Position numbers and translations under genes: made by a program
Shown: positions 1-8,812 of the stretch, one piece after another
Layout of the letters: each line of letters opens with the position of its first letter
How positions within the stretch are numbered: position 1 is the stretch's first letter
Assembly (NCBI GenBank): GCA_963817955.1
Contig: CAWFQK010000001.1
Span: forward strand, 256,001 to 320,000
Direction: 5' to 3'
Origin: an uncultured Gemmatimonadaceae bacterium
GTDB lineage: Bacteria > Gemmatimonadota > Gemmatimonadetes > Gemmatimonadales > Gemmatimonadaceae
Length of the DNA: 64,000 nt
Notes under the pieces: generated by a model
What the model was told of the DNA's origin: nothing
Database searches by the model: none
What the model saw: the letters and a program-made list of their open reading frames with translations, nothing else

Positions 1-1467
1 GCGCGAGCACAGTTGGTGGATGTCATCGATTTTCAGGTGGCGTTGGAGCAACGGGCCAACCGAGGCACGGCCACGGCGATTGAGTTGGCGAGTGCGAGCA
101 AGGCGGGCATGCTCGTCACAGGGACGGTGTCGCGGGACCGCGATAGTCTGCGTTTCAACGCGCAGATCATTCGAGTGAGCGACGGCTCTGTGGTGGAACA
201 GGTACCGCCGGTGAAGTTCTCGCCGAGCGATCCGTCGCGTGCGATCGAACGGCTCAGCCAACAAGTAGTGGGTGTTTTTGCAGCGTTCGGCGACGACCGC
301 TTCCGAGCCTGGACGAGTGGCAGCAAGCTGCCGAGGTACGACGCGTACCAGGAATTCGCGGCCGGCCTCGATGCTGATGCGCGTGGCGACACTGGATCCA
401 CGCGTCACTTCATCAATGCGGCACACCTCGATACGACCTTTGCCGAAGCAAAGCTGAAGGCGGTCGCGGACGACGGGAGCGACGCGAGTTTTGCACGCTC
501 CGATTCGCTGCTGCATGCGGCGAAGGCACAGAACGAACGGCAAACGCCATACGACAACGCGGCGCTGGACGAAGCGTTCGCCGTTCACCGCGGCGATTGG
601 GAATCGGCGTATCTCGCGGCGCAACGGATGGTGGAGTTGGCGCCGTCATCGCGCAACGCCCACCTGCGCCTGATCAACGATGCCATGGGCACCATGCGGT
701 ACGCAGACGCCATGCGCGAATACGACGTGCTCGGTCGCAGCGGGTGGATCGTGAACTGGAATGATTTCTGGCGCGGCGAGCTGATCGCGCATCACGTCGC
801 TGGCGATTATGTGGGCGAACTCCATGCGGCGCGAACGGCAGCCGGGCAGAATCTGCGGGACGCAAATGTTTGCGCGCTCCAGATCCCGCCGCTCGCTGCG
901 CTCGGAAAGTTCGCCGAACTCGACTCGACGCTTGTGGCCTGCGAGAGTCTACCAAATGCTCTCGAACCGTCGTTCCGGGAGTTGAGCGCAGGCCGCGAGC
1001 TCTTCGCGCACGGCTATCGCGACGCGGCAACGCGCGCATTCGAGCGGGGACTTCAACGGCTTCCAGCCAACACACGCGCGCGGGCCGACTCGGCCGCGAG
1101 CATCGCCATGTACCTAGGCAATTGGCGACCGTCGCTCGCGATCACCGCAGTGCGGCTAGCGTTGGACACCACAGACGTCACGAACGACGGCCGGTACGGC
1201 GTGGCGGCAGCGCACCTCGGCGATACTGCCACGGCGCGGGCGATGGAGCGACGCATTGCGTCGCTCCAGTCGCGAGCGGCGATCGGCCAGACGCAGTTGT
1301 GGCAGGGATTCATTGCCGCGGCGCTCGGAGAACGCGAACGAGCTACAGAATTATTGCGGAGCGCCGTCAAACACGGCGCCTCTCCGGCGTTCTTCCTTCA
1401 TTCCAACGCCGCGTACATCGAGCCGTTGCGCGGATACGCGCCCTTCGAGGCGTTGAAGCGGCGATAG
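1..1467 (+). CDS. 5'-truncated TolB-like/TPR-repeat protein (probably the C-terminal part of a kinase or regulator)
   Basis: Frame is open from the window edge. LVTGTVSRDRDSLRFNAQIIRVSDG resembles the TolB-N-like domain, followed by helical TPR-like repeats and a C-terminal PLRGYAPFEAL motif. Confidence 0.6.
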   Translation, partial: ARAQLVDVIDFQVALEQRANRGTATAIELASASKAGMLVTGTVSRDRDSLRFNAQIIRVSDGSVVEQVPPVKFSPSDPSRAIERLSQQVVGVFAAFGDDRFRAWTSGSKLPRYDAYQEFAAGLDADARGDTGSTRHFINAAHLDTTFAEAKLKAVADDGSDASFARSDSLLHAAKAQNERQTPYDNAALDEAFAVHRGDWESAYLAAQRMVELAPSSRNAHLRLINDAMGTMRYADAMREYDVLGRSGWIVNWNDFWRGELIAHHVAGDYVGELHAARTAAGQNLRDANVCALQIPPLAALGKFAELDSTLVACESLPNALEPSFRELSAGRELFAHGYRDAATRAFERGLQRLPANTRARADSAASIAMYLGNWRPSLAITAVRLALDTTDVTNDGRYGVAAAHLGDTATARAMERRIASLQSRAAIGQTQLWQGFIAAALGERERATELLRSAVKHGASPAFFLHSNAAYIEPLRGYAPFEALKRR

Positions 1468-1621
1468 GAAGAGCAGGCTGCCTGTCACTGGCGCGACAGG
1501 TTAGCGGCGGATCATTGAGAGCCTGAATTCGCAATCAGGCCGATTTCCTGCAGACGCTGAGCGAGACAAAGGCAATTTTCACGTCGCTGCTCGCCGAGAC
1601 AATCTCTTTGATTGAGCAATC

Positions 1622-3292
1622 ATGACTATCAGCCCCAACGCCGGCCAGCCAGCCAGCAATGACATGCTGGTGAACGTGCCGCGTTTGATCACCGCATATT
1701 ACAGCCGACAGCCCGACCCCGATATTCCAGCGCAGCGCGTGTCGTTCGGAACGTCGGGGCATCGCGGAACGGCGAACGACTGTTCGTTCAACGAGCAGCA
1801 CATTCTCGCCATCACTCAGGCGATTTGCGAGCACAGGCGCGGTCAAGGCATCGACGGCCCGCTCTTTCTGGGCATCGATACGCATGCGCTGTCGGAACCA
1901 GCATTTGCTTCGGCGCTGGAGGTGCTCGCGGCGAACGAGGTGGACGTGATGATCGACGATCGCGGCGATTATACGCCGACGCCGGTCGTCTCGCATGCCA
2001 TCCTCACATACAATCGCGGCCGCGCGAATGGGCTGGCCGACGGAATCGTGGTCACCCCATCGCACAATCCGCCCGAGGACGGCGGGTTCAAGTACAACCC
2101 GTCGAATGGTGGACCGGCCGACACGCAGATCACGACGTGGATTCAGGACCGCGCGAATGCGCTGCTCATGGATGGACTGAGAGGCGTGCTCCGCATTCCG
2201 TTCGACCGGGCGAAGCAGGCCGCAACGACACACGCGTACAACTACATGGGTACGTACGTCGGCGATCTCGCCTCGGTCATCGACTTCGACGCCATTCGCG
2301 GCGCCACGTTAACACTCGGTGTGGACCCGCTCGGCGGCTCCGGAGTGCACTACTGGGGAGCGATCGCCGATCGATACAAGATTCCGTTGAGTGTGGTGAG
2401 CGAGGTCGTCGATCCGACGTTTCGCTTCATGACGCTGGATTGGGACGGCAAAATCCGCATGGACTGTTCGTCGCCGTATGCCATGCGACGTCTCATCGGC
2501 ATGAAAGACCAGTTCGACGTCGCATGGGCCTGCGATCCCGATCACGATCGGCATGGCATTGTCGCGCGCGGCGTGGGACTGCTCAATCCAAATCACTATC
2601 TATCGGTGGCCATCGCGTATCTATTCGCGCATCGGCCTGGCTGGCCGGCAAATGCTGGTGTCGGCAAGACGGTGGTGAGCAGCAGCATGATCGATCGCGT
2701 CGCCGATAAGCTCGGTCGTCGACTCGTGGAAGTGCCGGTGGGCTTCAAGTGGTTCGTGGACGGCCTGGTGCATGGCTCGCTTGGTTTTGGCGGCGAGGAG
2801 AGTGCCGGCGCATCGTTCCTCCGCCGCGACGGAACCGTGTGGTCGACGGACAAGGATGGGATCATTCTCGGGCTTCTCTCCGCCGAGATGACCGCCGTCA
2901 TGGGACGCAACCCGGGCGAGTTGTATTGCGACCTCACGCGCGAGCTCGGGGATCCACTCTACGAGCGCATCGACGCACCCGCGACTGTGGCACAGAAGGC
3001 GGTGTTGTCACGCCTGTCGCCGGAACGGGTAGGCGCGACGGAGCTTGCCGGCGAACCGATTCAACAGATGTTGACGAAGGCGCCCGAGAGCGATAATTCG
3101 ATCGGCGGTTTGAAAGTGGTAACGAAGAACGGCTGGTTCGCTGCGCGACCGTCGGGCACGGAGCAGGTATACAAATTGTACGCCGAGAGCTTCAAGGGCG
3201 TCGAGCATCTGCGGCAAATCCAGGCGGAGGCGCAGGAAATTGTCGGGGCGGCGTTCGCCGCCGTTGCACAGAATGCGGTTCCAACATACTGA
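1622..3292 (+). CDS. pgm: Phosphoglucomutase (alpha-D-glucose-1,6-bisphosphate dependent)
   Basis: [14 protein letters not shown] phosphoserine loop, DPDHDR metal loop, GEESAG, RPSGTE. Confidence 0.97.
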   Translation: MTISPNAGQPASNDMLVNVPRLITAYYSRQPDPDIPAQRVSFGTSGHRGTANDCSFNEQHILAITQAICEHRRGQGIDGPLFLGIDTHALSEPAFASALEVLAANEVDVMIDDRGDYTPTPVVSHAILTYNRGRANGLADGIVVTPSHNPPEDGGFKYNPSNGGPADTQITTWIQDRANALLMDGLRGVLRIPFDRAKQAATTHAYNYMGTYVGDLASVIDFDAIRGATLTLGVDPLGGSGVHYWGAIADRYKIPLSVVSEVVDPTFRFMTLDWDGKIRMDCSSPYAMRRLIGMKDQFDVAWACDPDHDRHGIVARGVGLLNPNHYLSVAIAYLFAHRPGWPANAGVGKTVVSSSMIDRVADKLGRRLVEVPVGFKWFVDGLVHGSLGFGGEESAGASFLRRDGTVWSTDKDGIILGLLSAEMTAVMGRNPGELYCDLTRELGDPLYERIDAPATVAQKAVLSRLSPERVGATELAGEPIQQMLTKAPESDNSIGGLKVVTKNGWFAARPSGTEQVYKLYAESFKGVEHLRQIQAEAQEIVGAAFAAVAQNAVPTY

Positions 3293-3320
3293 GACGGCCA
3301 CGTAACGCTTTGCTGCCTCC

Positions 3321-3430
3321 GTTCTGGCCTCAATGCCATTCCGAAGTTCTCTGCTACGAAGGTCAGGGCGTATGTCACGGCTATGAAATCGGACCTCCGC
3401 AACCTCGTAACGGCCGAAGAGGCGTTCTTC
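3321..3430 (+). pseudogene. Start-less inverted fragment of a type IV pilin gene (conserved alpha-helical segment)
   Basis: 3335-3430 reads AIPKFSATKVRAYVTAMKSDLRNLVTAEEAFF and is 79/96 nt identical (hand count) to the reverse complement of 3739-3834. Similarity extends to 3321 (VLAS) across a 1-nt gap. Confidence 0.85.
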
Positions 3431-3450
3431 CGAGCCTACGCGGTTCTACG

Positions 3451-3488
3451 AAAAGAACTCGGGAGCGGCATTGCCGCCCCCGAGTTCT
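3451..3488 (-). terminator. Intrinsic terminator of the pilin gene
   Basis: Minus-strand stem AGAACTCGGG-GCGGC/GCCGC-CCCGAGTTCT followed by a T-run, about 40 nt after the pilin stop. Confidence 0.8.
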
Positions 3489-3528
3489 CCGATTCTTCCT
3501 TTCTTCAAACCAGCAACCAGCGACAACC

Positions 3529-3912
3529 CTACTGACAGATGGGTGCGCCGTCTGGTGCTGTCGCCACGACCGGGTTCGTCGTGTTCATGCCGATGCCGCA
3601 GGTCGTGCCAACGAGCTGCGAGTGCGTCACGGTCGCCGTCCAATACCCGGGCCCGACGACAATCGTCGGAGCGTTGACACCCGTGGACCTTTGGAACTTG
3701 AGTTTGAGTGTGTCCGTGGTGTAGGCCGAGCTGTCGGAGAAGAACGCCTCTTCGGCCGTCGTGAGGCTGTGGAGATCCGATTTCATAGCCGTGACGTACG
3801 CCTTGCCCTTCGTGTTGGCAAACCTCGGGATGGCGATCGCGGCGAGAATGCCGATGATCACCACAACGATCAAGAGCTCGATCAGCGTGAAGCCTTTGCG
3901 CAGCTTGAGCAT
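3529..3912 (-). CDS. Type IV pilin (N-terminal methylation motif)
   Basis: MLKLRKG|FTLIELLIVVVIIGILAAIAIP prepilin cleavage site with E5, C-terminal Cys pair, AAGGA RBS before ATG 3912. Confidence 0.95.
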   Translation of the reverse strand: MLKLRKGFTLIELLIVVVIIGILAAIAIPRFANTKGKAYVTAMKSDLHSLTTAEEAFFSDSSAYTTDTLKLKFQRSTGVNAPTIVVGPGYWTATVTHSQLVGTTCGIGMNTTNPVVATAPDGAPICQ

Positions 3913-3965
3913 GGAATTTTCCTTTGGGAAAGATGGCTGGAGGGAGCTGACGGTTCGCAATTAGG

Positions 3966-3980
3966 GCAATCCGTGAGCCC
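3966..3980 (-). promoter_or_regulatory. Candidate sigma54 (-24/-12) promoter of pilin
   Basis: GGGCTCACGGATTGC: GG-N10-GC with TTGC, 54 nt upstream of the start. Confidence 0.5.
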
Positions 3981-4186
3981 AACGCGGTGAAGATTCTCAA
4001 GACGTTGTTTGATATGCGTTTAGGGACCAGCTCAGTCCGACAGCGCGGCGCCAATGCGCCGCGAAATGCCTGAGATCGTGCTATTTGCTACGTCCAAACA
4101 TTTGGATGGCCGCCGCCAACCGGCGGCATCACTCTGGCGATCCAGCACGCGCAGCACCATCATCCACTTTCACTCGGAGCCCCGAA

Positions 4187-4555
4187 ATGTCCGAAGACAG
4201 AAACCACCCCATCACGACCGGCGACGAACGCCTCGAGCGTGACTTGAACCGGCATCGTGGAGATGAACAGCGCCGCGCGCGCGCCGAAGCCTCAATGCGC
4301 CTCCGGGATCGTGGCATCACGATCACCGAGGTTGACGAGATCGACGAGATCGTCAATGTGCTCGAGGCTGTGGAAGCATTCGAGCGGATGGTCGCGGCAA
4401 AGGGCGGCGACCTCATGATTGACACGCCACCGGCGCTCGAGCCGGACAACGCGCAATTCGTTTTGCCGCGACGAGAGTTGGATGAGCTTCTCGGCGACTA
4501 TGCTGCCAGGGTGCGACTCACCACGCGGCAACTCGGCGGAACACACGACGACTGA
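4187..4555 (+). CDS. Hypothetical protein (acidic, 122 aa)
   Basis: GGAG RBS before ATG 4187, coding-like composition, no family recognised. Confidence 0.75.
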   Translation: MSEDRNHPITTGDERLERDLNRHRGDEQRRARAEASMRLRDRGITITEVDEIDEIVNVLEAVEAFERMVAAKGGDLMIDTPPALEPDNAQFVLPRRELDELLGDYAARVRLTTRQLGGTHDD

Positions 4556-4565
4556 GTAGCCAGAC

Positions 4566-5825
4566 ATGATGATGGCGTGCAAACCGCCCAAAGAAAGCGT
4601 CATTGATCGTTTCCTCCGCTACGTGCGCATCGACACGCAGTCACAGGAGGACCAGTTCGCCACCCCAAGCACTGCGAAGCAATGGGATCTCGCCCGGCTG
4701 CTCGCGGGCGAGCTCCAGCAGCTTGGCGCCAGCAACGTCCGTGTGAGCGAGCATTGCATGGTCTACGCAGCCATACCGGCAAACATCGCTCATGGCGGAG
4801 TGCCAGCGATCGGATTCCTGGCGCACGTAGACACGTCACCGGCCGTGACTGGTGCCGGCGTGAATCCGGTGATTCATCACAACTACCAGGGCGGCGACAT
4901 TACGCTGCCGAATGATTCGACACAGGTCATCACCGTCGCGCAGCACCCGGTACTCAGGGACATGATTGGCGATGACATCATCACGGCGGACGGCACCACC
5001 CTCCTGGGATCGGACGACAAATCGGGCATTGCGGCGATCATGACGATGATCGACCTGTTGGCGCAGAACCCGGACATCCCCCACGGCGGGATCGCCATCG
5101 GTTTCACGGCTGACGAAGAGATCGGCACCGGGATCGAAGCGTTCGATGTCGAGAGCTTCGGCGCGCGCTTCGCCTATACCGTGGATGGCGGCGCCCTGGG
5201 CGAGATCAACGAGGAGACGTGGAGCGCCCGCATGGCGACGGTGAGCTTCCACGGCAAGAGCACACATCCCGGTACGGCCAAAGGCGTGATGGTGAACTCC
5301 ATCTACGCGCTCGCGCACTTCCTGTCGCACGTGCCGAGGGACATGGTGCCCGAAACGACGGAGGGGCGCGTCGGATTCGTGCACCCATACTCCGGCGTGG
5401 CCGACGTGGAGGAGTCAAGCGTGAAAGTGCTGTTGCGCGATTTTGACCGCGAGGGGCTCGATGCCAAGGAGCGACGACTCCGCGATCTGGCGGCGGAGAC
5501 GGAGCGGGCATGCGCCGGCGTGACCGTCGGCGTGGATGTGCAGGAGAACTATCGCAACATGAAGGAAGTGCTCACCGACTATCCCGAGCTGACGCGGAAC
5601 GTGATGGACGCGGCGCGCCGGGCGGGACTCGAACCGTACGTGGAACCGATTCGCGGGGGCACCGACGGCTCCAAGCTGACGTTCCGCGGCCTGCCGTGCC
5701 CCAACATCTTCACAGGCGGCCACGAATTCCATAGCAAGCTGGAGTTCAATTCACGACGGGGATTGGAGAAGACGACGGAGACGCTCGTGCACCTGGTGCG
5801 GATCTTCGCGGAGCAAGCTGGATAG
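4566..5825 (+). CDS. pepT: Peptidase T (M20B)
   Basis: RFLRYVRIDTQS, AHVDT, TTLLGSDDKSG, DEEIG, IRGGTDG, PNIFTGGH. Confidence 0.95.
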   Translation: MMMACKPPKESVIDRFLRYVRIDTQSQEDQFATPSTAKQWDLARLLAGELQQLGASNVRVSEHCMVYAAIPANIAHGGVPAIGFLAHVDTSPAVTGAGVNPVIHHNYQGGDITLPNDSTQVITVAQHPVLRDMIGDDIITADGTTLLGSDDKSGIAAIMTMIDLLAQNPDIPHGGIAIGFTADEEIGTGIEAFDVESFGARFAYTVDGGALGEINEETWSARMATVSFHGKSTHPGTAKGVMVNSIYALAHFLSHVPRDMVPETTEGRVGFVHPYSGVADVEESSVKVLLRDFDREGLDAKERRLRDLAAETERACAGVTVGVDVQENYRNMKEVLTDYPELTRNVMDAARRAGLEPYVEPIRGGTDGSKLTFRGLPCPNIFTGGHEFHSKLEFNSRRGLEKTTETLVHLVRIFAEQAG

Positions 5826-5840
5826 TGGCCTGGACTCCGG

Positions 5841-8756
5841 TCAACGATGGTTGGCCGCAGTTCTCTCGATGGCCGATGCCACCGCGCGTCGGAGCACCGC
5901 AACGTCGAACGGTTTGGCGATCGGCTCTCCAGCGACGTTCGTTGGGGGAACCGTCGCTTCGTCGTGCTCGACCCCGGACATGAGAATAATGGGGATCGTC
6001 GGGTACCTCGGCGCCAGCCAACGCGCAAACTCGTAGCCACCAACGCCACCCGGCATGACGATGTCCGACAGGACGACATCGGGAAGATCTCCGGCATCTG
6101 TGAGGTCGTGGATGAGCCCCATGGCGTCGAGGCCGTTCTCGGACGTCACCACGCGATAGCCGGCGTCCTCTAGCATCCGCCGGATGATCTCACGCACTGT
6201 GTGATCGTCTTCCACTACGAGTACCTGCGCCCCTTCAGCCGCCAGTGACGGCCGAGCACTACCCGCAATTTCCGACGAGGGAACGGGCGCAAGCACGGCA
6301 GCGGGCCAGAAGACCGTGAACGTCGATCCGCCACCGGGAACGCTGGTCACGCGCACCACGCCGCGCGCTTGCTGCACGATTCCGGATACTACGGAGAGCC
6401 CAAGTCCGGTGCCTTCGCTCACGGCCTTGGTGCTGAAGAACGGCTCGAACGCGCGCAGCCGCGTTGCTTCGTCCATACCGACTCCGGTATCGGTCACGGC
6501 GAGCTCGACGTACTCACCAGGCAGGGCATCCGGACCAATGATCGTTCGGACTTGGCCGGGATGTGCGTGTACCGCGCGCGTTCGCACGTGGAGCTCGCCG
6601 CCGTTTGGCATCGCATCACGCGCATTGACCGCGAGATTGAGCAGGACCTGATCGACCTGGCCAGGATCCGCCATGATCGGTGGGAGATGGTCAGTCCGCT
6701 CGATCACCAGGGCGATTGGCGATCCCCCGATCGTCTGCAACATTGGTCGCGCGGCCTCGAGCAGTTCATTCAGGTCAACCGGGCGGGGCTCCACCGGCTG
6801 CTGCCGGCTGAACGCGAGCAGTCGCTTCGACAGCTCGGCGCCACGCTGGCATGCGCGCTCGATCTCCGTCATGTCGGCGACCACGTTCGCGTTGTCGGGT
6901 GCAATGTTCGCACGAGCCATCTGCGCATACGCCGCCACGACAGTCAACAGATTATTGAAGTCGTGGGCGATGCCGCCGGCCAGACGTCCCAGGGCCTCGA
7001 GCCGCTGCGCCTGTGACTGTGCCGCGCCGGCGCGCTTTTCCATCGTGATATCGCGGCCGGCGACGAGTATGTACGTCGTGCCTTCGACCCTCACCGGATG
7101 CGCGGACAGCAACGCATATCGTCGCTCCGCCGGACCGCCCGGCACATGGTGATTGAGGGCGATCTCGAAGCTGTCGACCAAGCCGTGCTCGCGGATCGCC
7201 GCAGCTAGACGCGCCGAGTCGGCCGGATCTGCCCATATGCCGAGCTCCTTCTGCGACCGTCCCACGACCTTCTCGCGTGTGAAGCCGGTGAGCTCGCACC
7301 ACACCTCGTTCACGTCGACGATCAATTCATCGCCGGCGCGGAACAGGCTCAGCGCGTCGTGCGCGGCGTGGAAGGCCGCCTGAAGCAAGTTCGCGGCGCG
7401 GCGCTCGCTCGCCTCGACTTGGCGCAACGCCGTCACGTCGGTCACGATGGCCACCGACCCAACGATCTCTCCGCTCAAGGCGCTGCGAAGAGCGTTGGCG
7501 GTGACAACCAAATCGGCGCGCGTGCCATCGGGCCGGAACCCGCGTGTTTCGTACGCTCCGCCGCGGCCCTTGATGCGCGCCTGCCATTCCGCGCGCCATG
7601 CGTCGACGCTCTCGGGCGCGATGAACTCACTCGCTTGGTGGCCAATGATGTCGTCCACTTCGCGACCGAGAATCTCCGCCATCCTGGAGTTCACGTAGAG
7701 CGTGCGACCGTCCCTATCGACACGCCAGACGCCCTCCGCCGTCGCGGCGATCAGGTTCCAGTAGCGGGCGGCGCCCTCATCGGACGACGTCCGAGCGGCG
7801 CCGAGGAGCAAGCCGGCAATGCTGAGTGAAATGAGGAGAGGTTGCGATGCGTGCACATCGGCATCGGTCACGCCGAGGAGCAGCGATAGCACGATCCACG
7901 CAGTGCCGTAGGCGGCGACCGCGATGGCGGCCCCGCGCACGCCTTCGCGCTGCGCGACCCAGAACACCGGGAGGAAACACAGCAGCCATCCATACCCGGG
8001 AAGCAGAGTTCCCTGATTTCTCCAGAGCCAGATCAGCGAGATGCCTGCGACGCCGGCCAGCACCTGCGCCACACGTTCCCATCGCATCGCGGCACGCGAT
8101 AGTGTGGGGCGCCGCGGTGTTTCGTCGGGCGAGCCCACGTATACGTCGTCCGCCGACTCCTCGATCGGCGCCGCACGCCATTTCCTGTGCGATGGCAGGA
8201 TGACGAAGAGGAGGAGCGGGACAACGATGAAGCCGCCAATCGCGTCGCCGGCGGCGAACATCGCAGCCTGAAGCCACAATGTCCCTGGTGGAGGGGCCGA
8301 AGCACCCAATAGCGGGACGGCGCTCCAGACAGCGGCCGCGATCGCCGCGGCCGCGATCGTGACGATCAACCGTGCAACATTGCGTGGTCGCCACGCTTGC
8401 GGCGCGAGAGGCACCGCGCGCCAGAGCGTGGAGGCCGCCGCAGTATAGATGGCGACGTGGACGGCCGATTGCAGCAGCGTCCCCCACAGGGGGGGCTGGC
8501 GTCCCGGCGGCACCCAGTACACGAGCGTAAACCGTGCGGCGAATAGGAGCGGCGCGGACCACGGTCCGAGAATGAGAAGCATCGCCAGTCCAACTCCGGC
8601 GCTCGGATACCAGGCCATGATGTGCGATCCCGGTTCGCTGGCGGGACGCAGCGCCACATCCAGCACCATGTAGGCACAGATACAGCCGGCGGCTATCGCG
8701 AGGCGTGTCCACGCCGGCAGACTGGCCCCCACCGCCGGCGCTGGCACGCCATTCAC
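5841..8756 (-). CDS. Hybrid sensor histidine kinase (MASE1-like membrane domain, 2 PAS, HisKA/HATPase, REC)
   Basis: Multi-TM N-terminus, LAGGIAHDFNNLL H-box, NLAVNARDAM, FEPFFSTK, GTGLGL, receiver VLVVEDD/DIVMP. Confidence 0.92.
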   Translation of the reverse strand: MNGVPAPAVGASLPAWTRLAIAAGCICAYMVLDVALRPASEPGSHIMAWYPSAGVGLAMLLILGPWSAPLLFAARFTLVYWVPPGRQPPLWGTLLQSAVHVAIYTAAASTLWRAVPLAPQAWRPRNVARLIVTIAAAAIAAAVWSAVPLLGASAPPPGTLWLQAAMFAAGDAIGGFIVVPLLLFVILPSHRKWRAAPIEESADDVYVGSPDETPRRPTLSRAAMRWERVAQVLAGVAGISLIWLWRNQGTLLPGYGWLLCFLPVFWVAQREGVRGAAIAVAAYGTAWIVLSLLLGVTDADVHASQPLLISLSIAGLLLGAARTSSDEGAARYWNLIAATAEGVWRVDRDGRTLYVNSRMAEILGREVDDIIGHQASEFIAPESVDAWRAEWQARIKGRGGAYETRGFRPDGTRADLVVTANALRSALSGEIVGSVAIVTDVTALRQVEASERRAANLLQAAFHAAHDALSLFRAGDELIVDVNEVWCELTGFTREKVVGRSQKELGIWADPADSARLAAAIREHGLVDSFEIALNHHVPGGPAERRYALLSAHPVRVEGTTYILVAGRDITMEKRAGAAQSQAQRLEALGRLAGGIAHDFNNLLTVVAAYAQMARANIAPDNANVVADMTEIERACQRGAELSKRLLAFSRQQPVEPRPVDLNELLEAARPMLQTIGGSPIALVIERTDHLPPIMADPGQVDQVLLNLAVNARDAMPNGGELHVRTRAVHAHPGQVRTIIGPDALPGEYVELAVTDTGVGMDEATRLRAFEPFFSTKAVSEGTGLGLSVVSGIVQQARGVVRVTSVPGGGSTFTVFWPAAVLAPVPSSEIAGSARPSLAAEGAQVLVVEDDHTVREIIRRMLEDAGYRVVTSENGLDAMGLIHDLTDAGDLPDVVLSDIVMPGGVGGYEFARWLAPRYPTIPIILMSGVEHDEATVPPTNVAGEPIAKPFDVAVLRRAVASAIERTAANHR

Positions 8757-8812
8757 CGAACCCGCATTCTTGCGATCGATGGTACGTTCCTCGAAGATCG
8801 ACGATTGTCCCG

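Noticed and set aside
3335..3834. Pilin repeat pair as a diversity-generating retroelement TR/VR
   Set aside because: Mismatches are not adenine-specific, the repeat covers the conserved rather than the variable region, and no reverse transcriptase is present.
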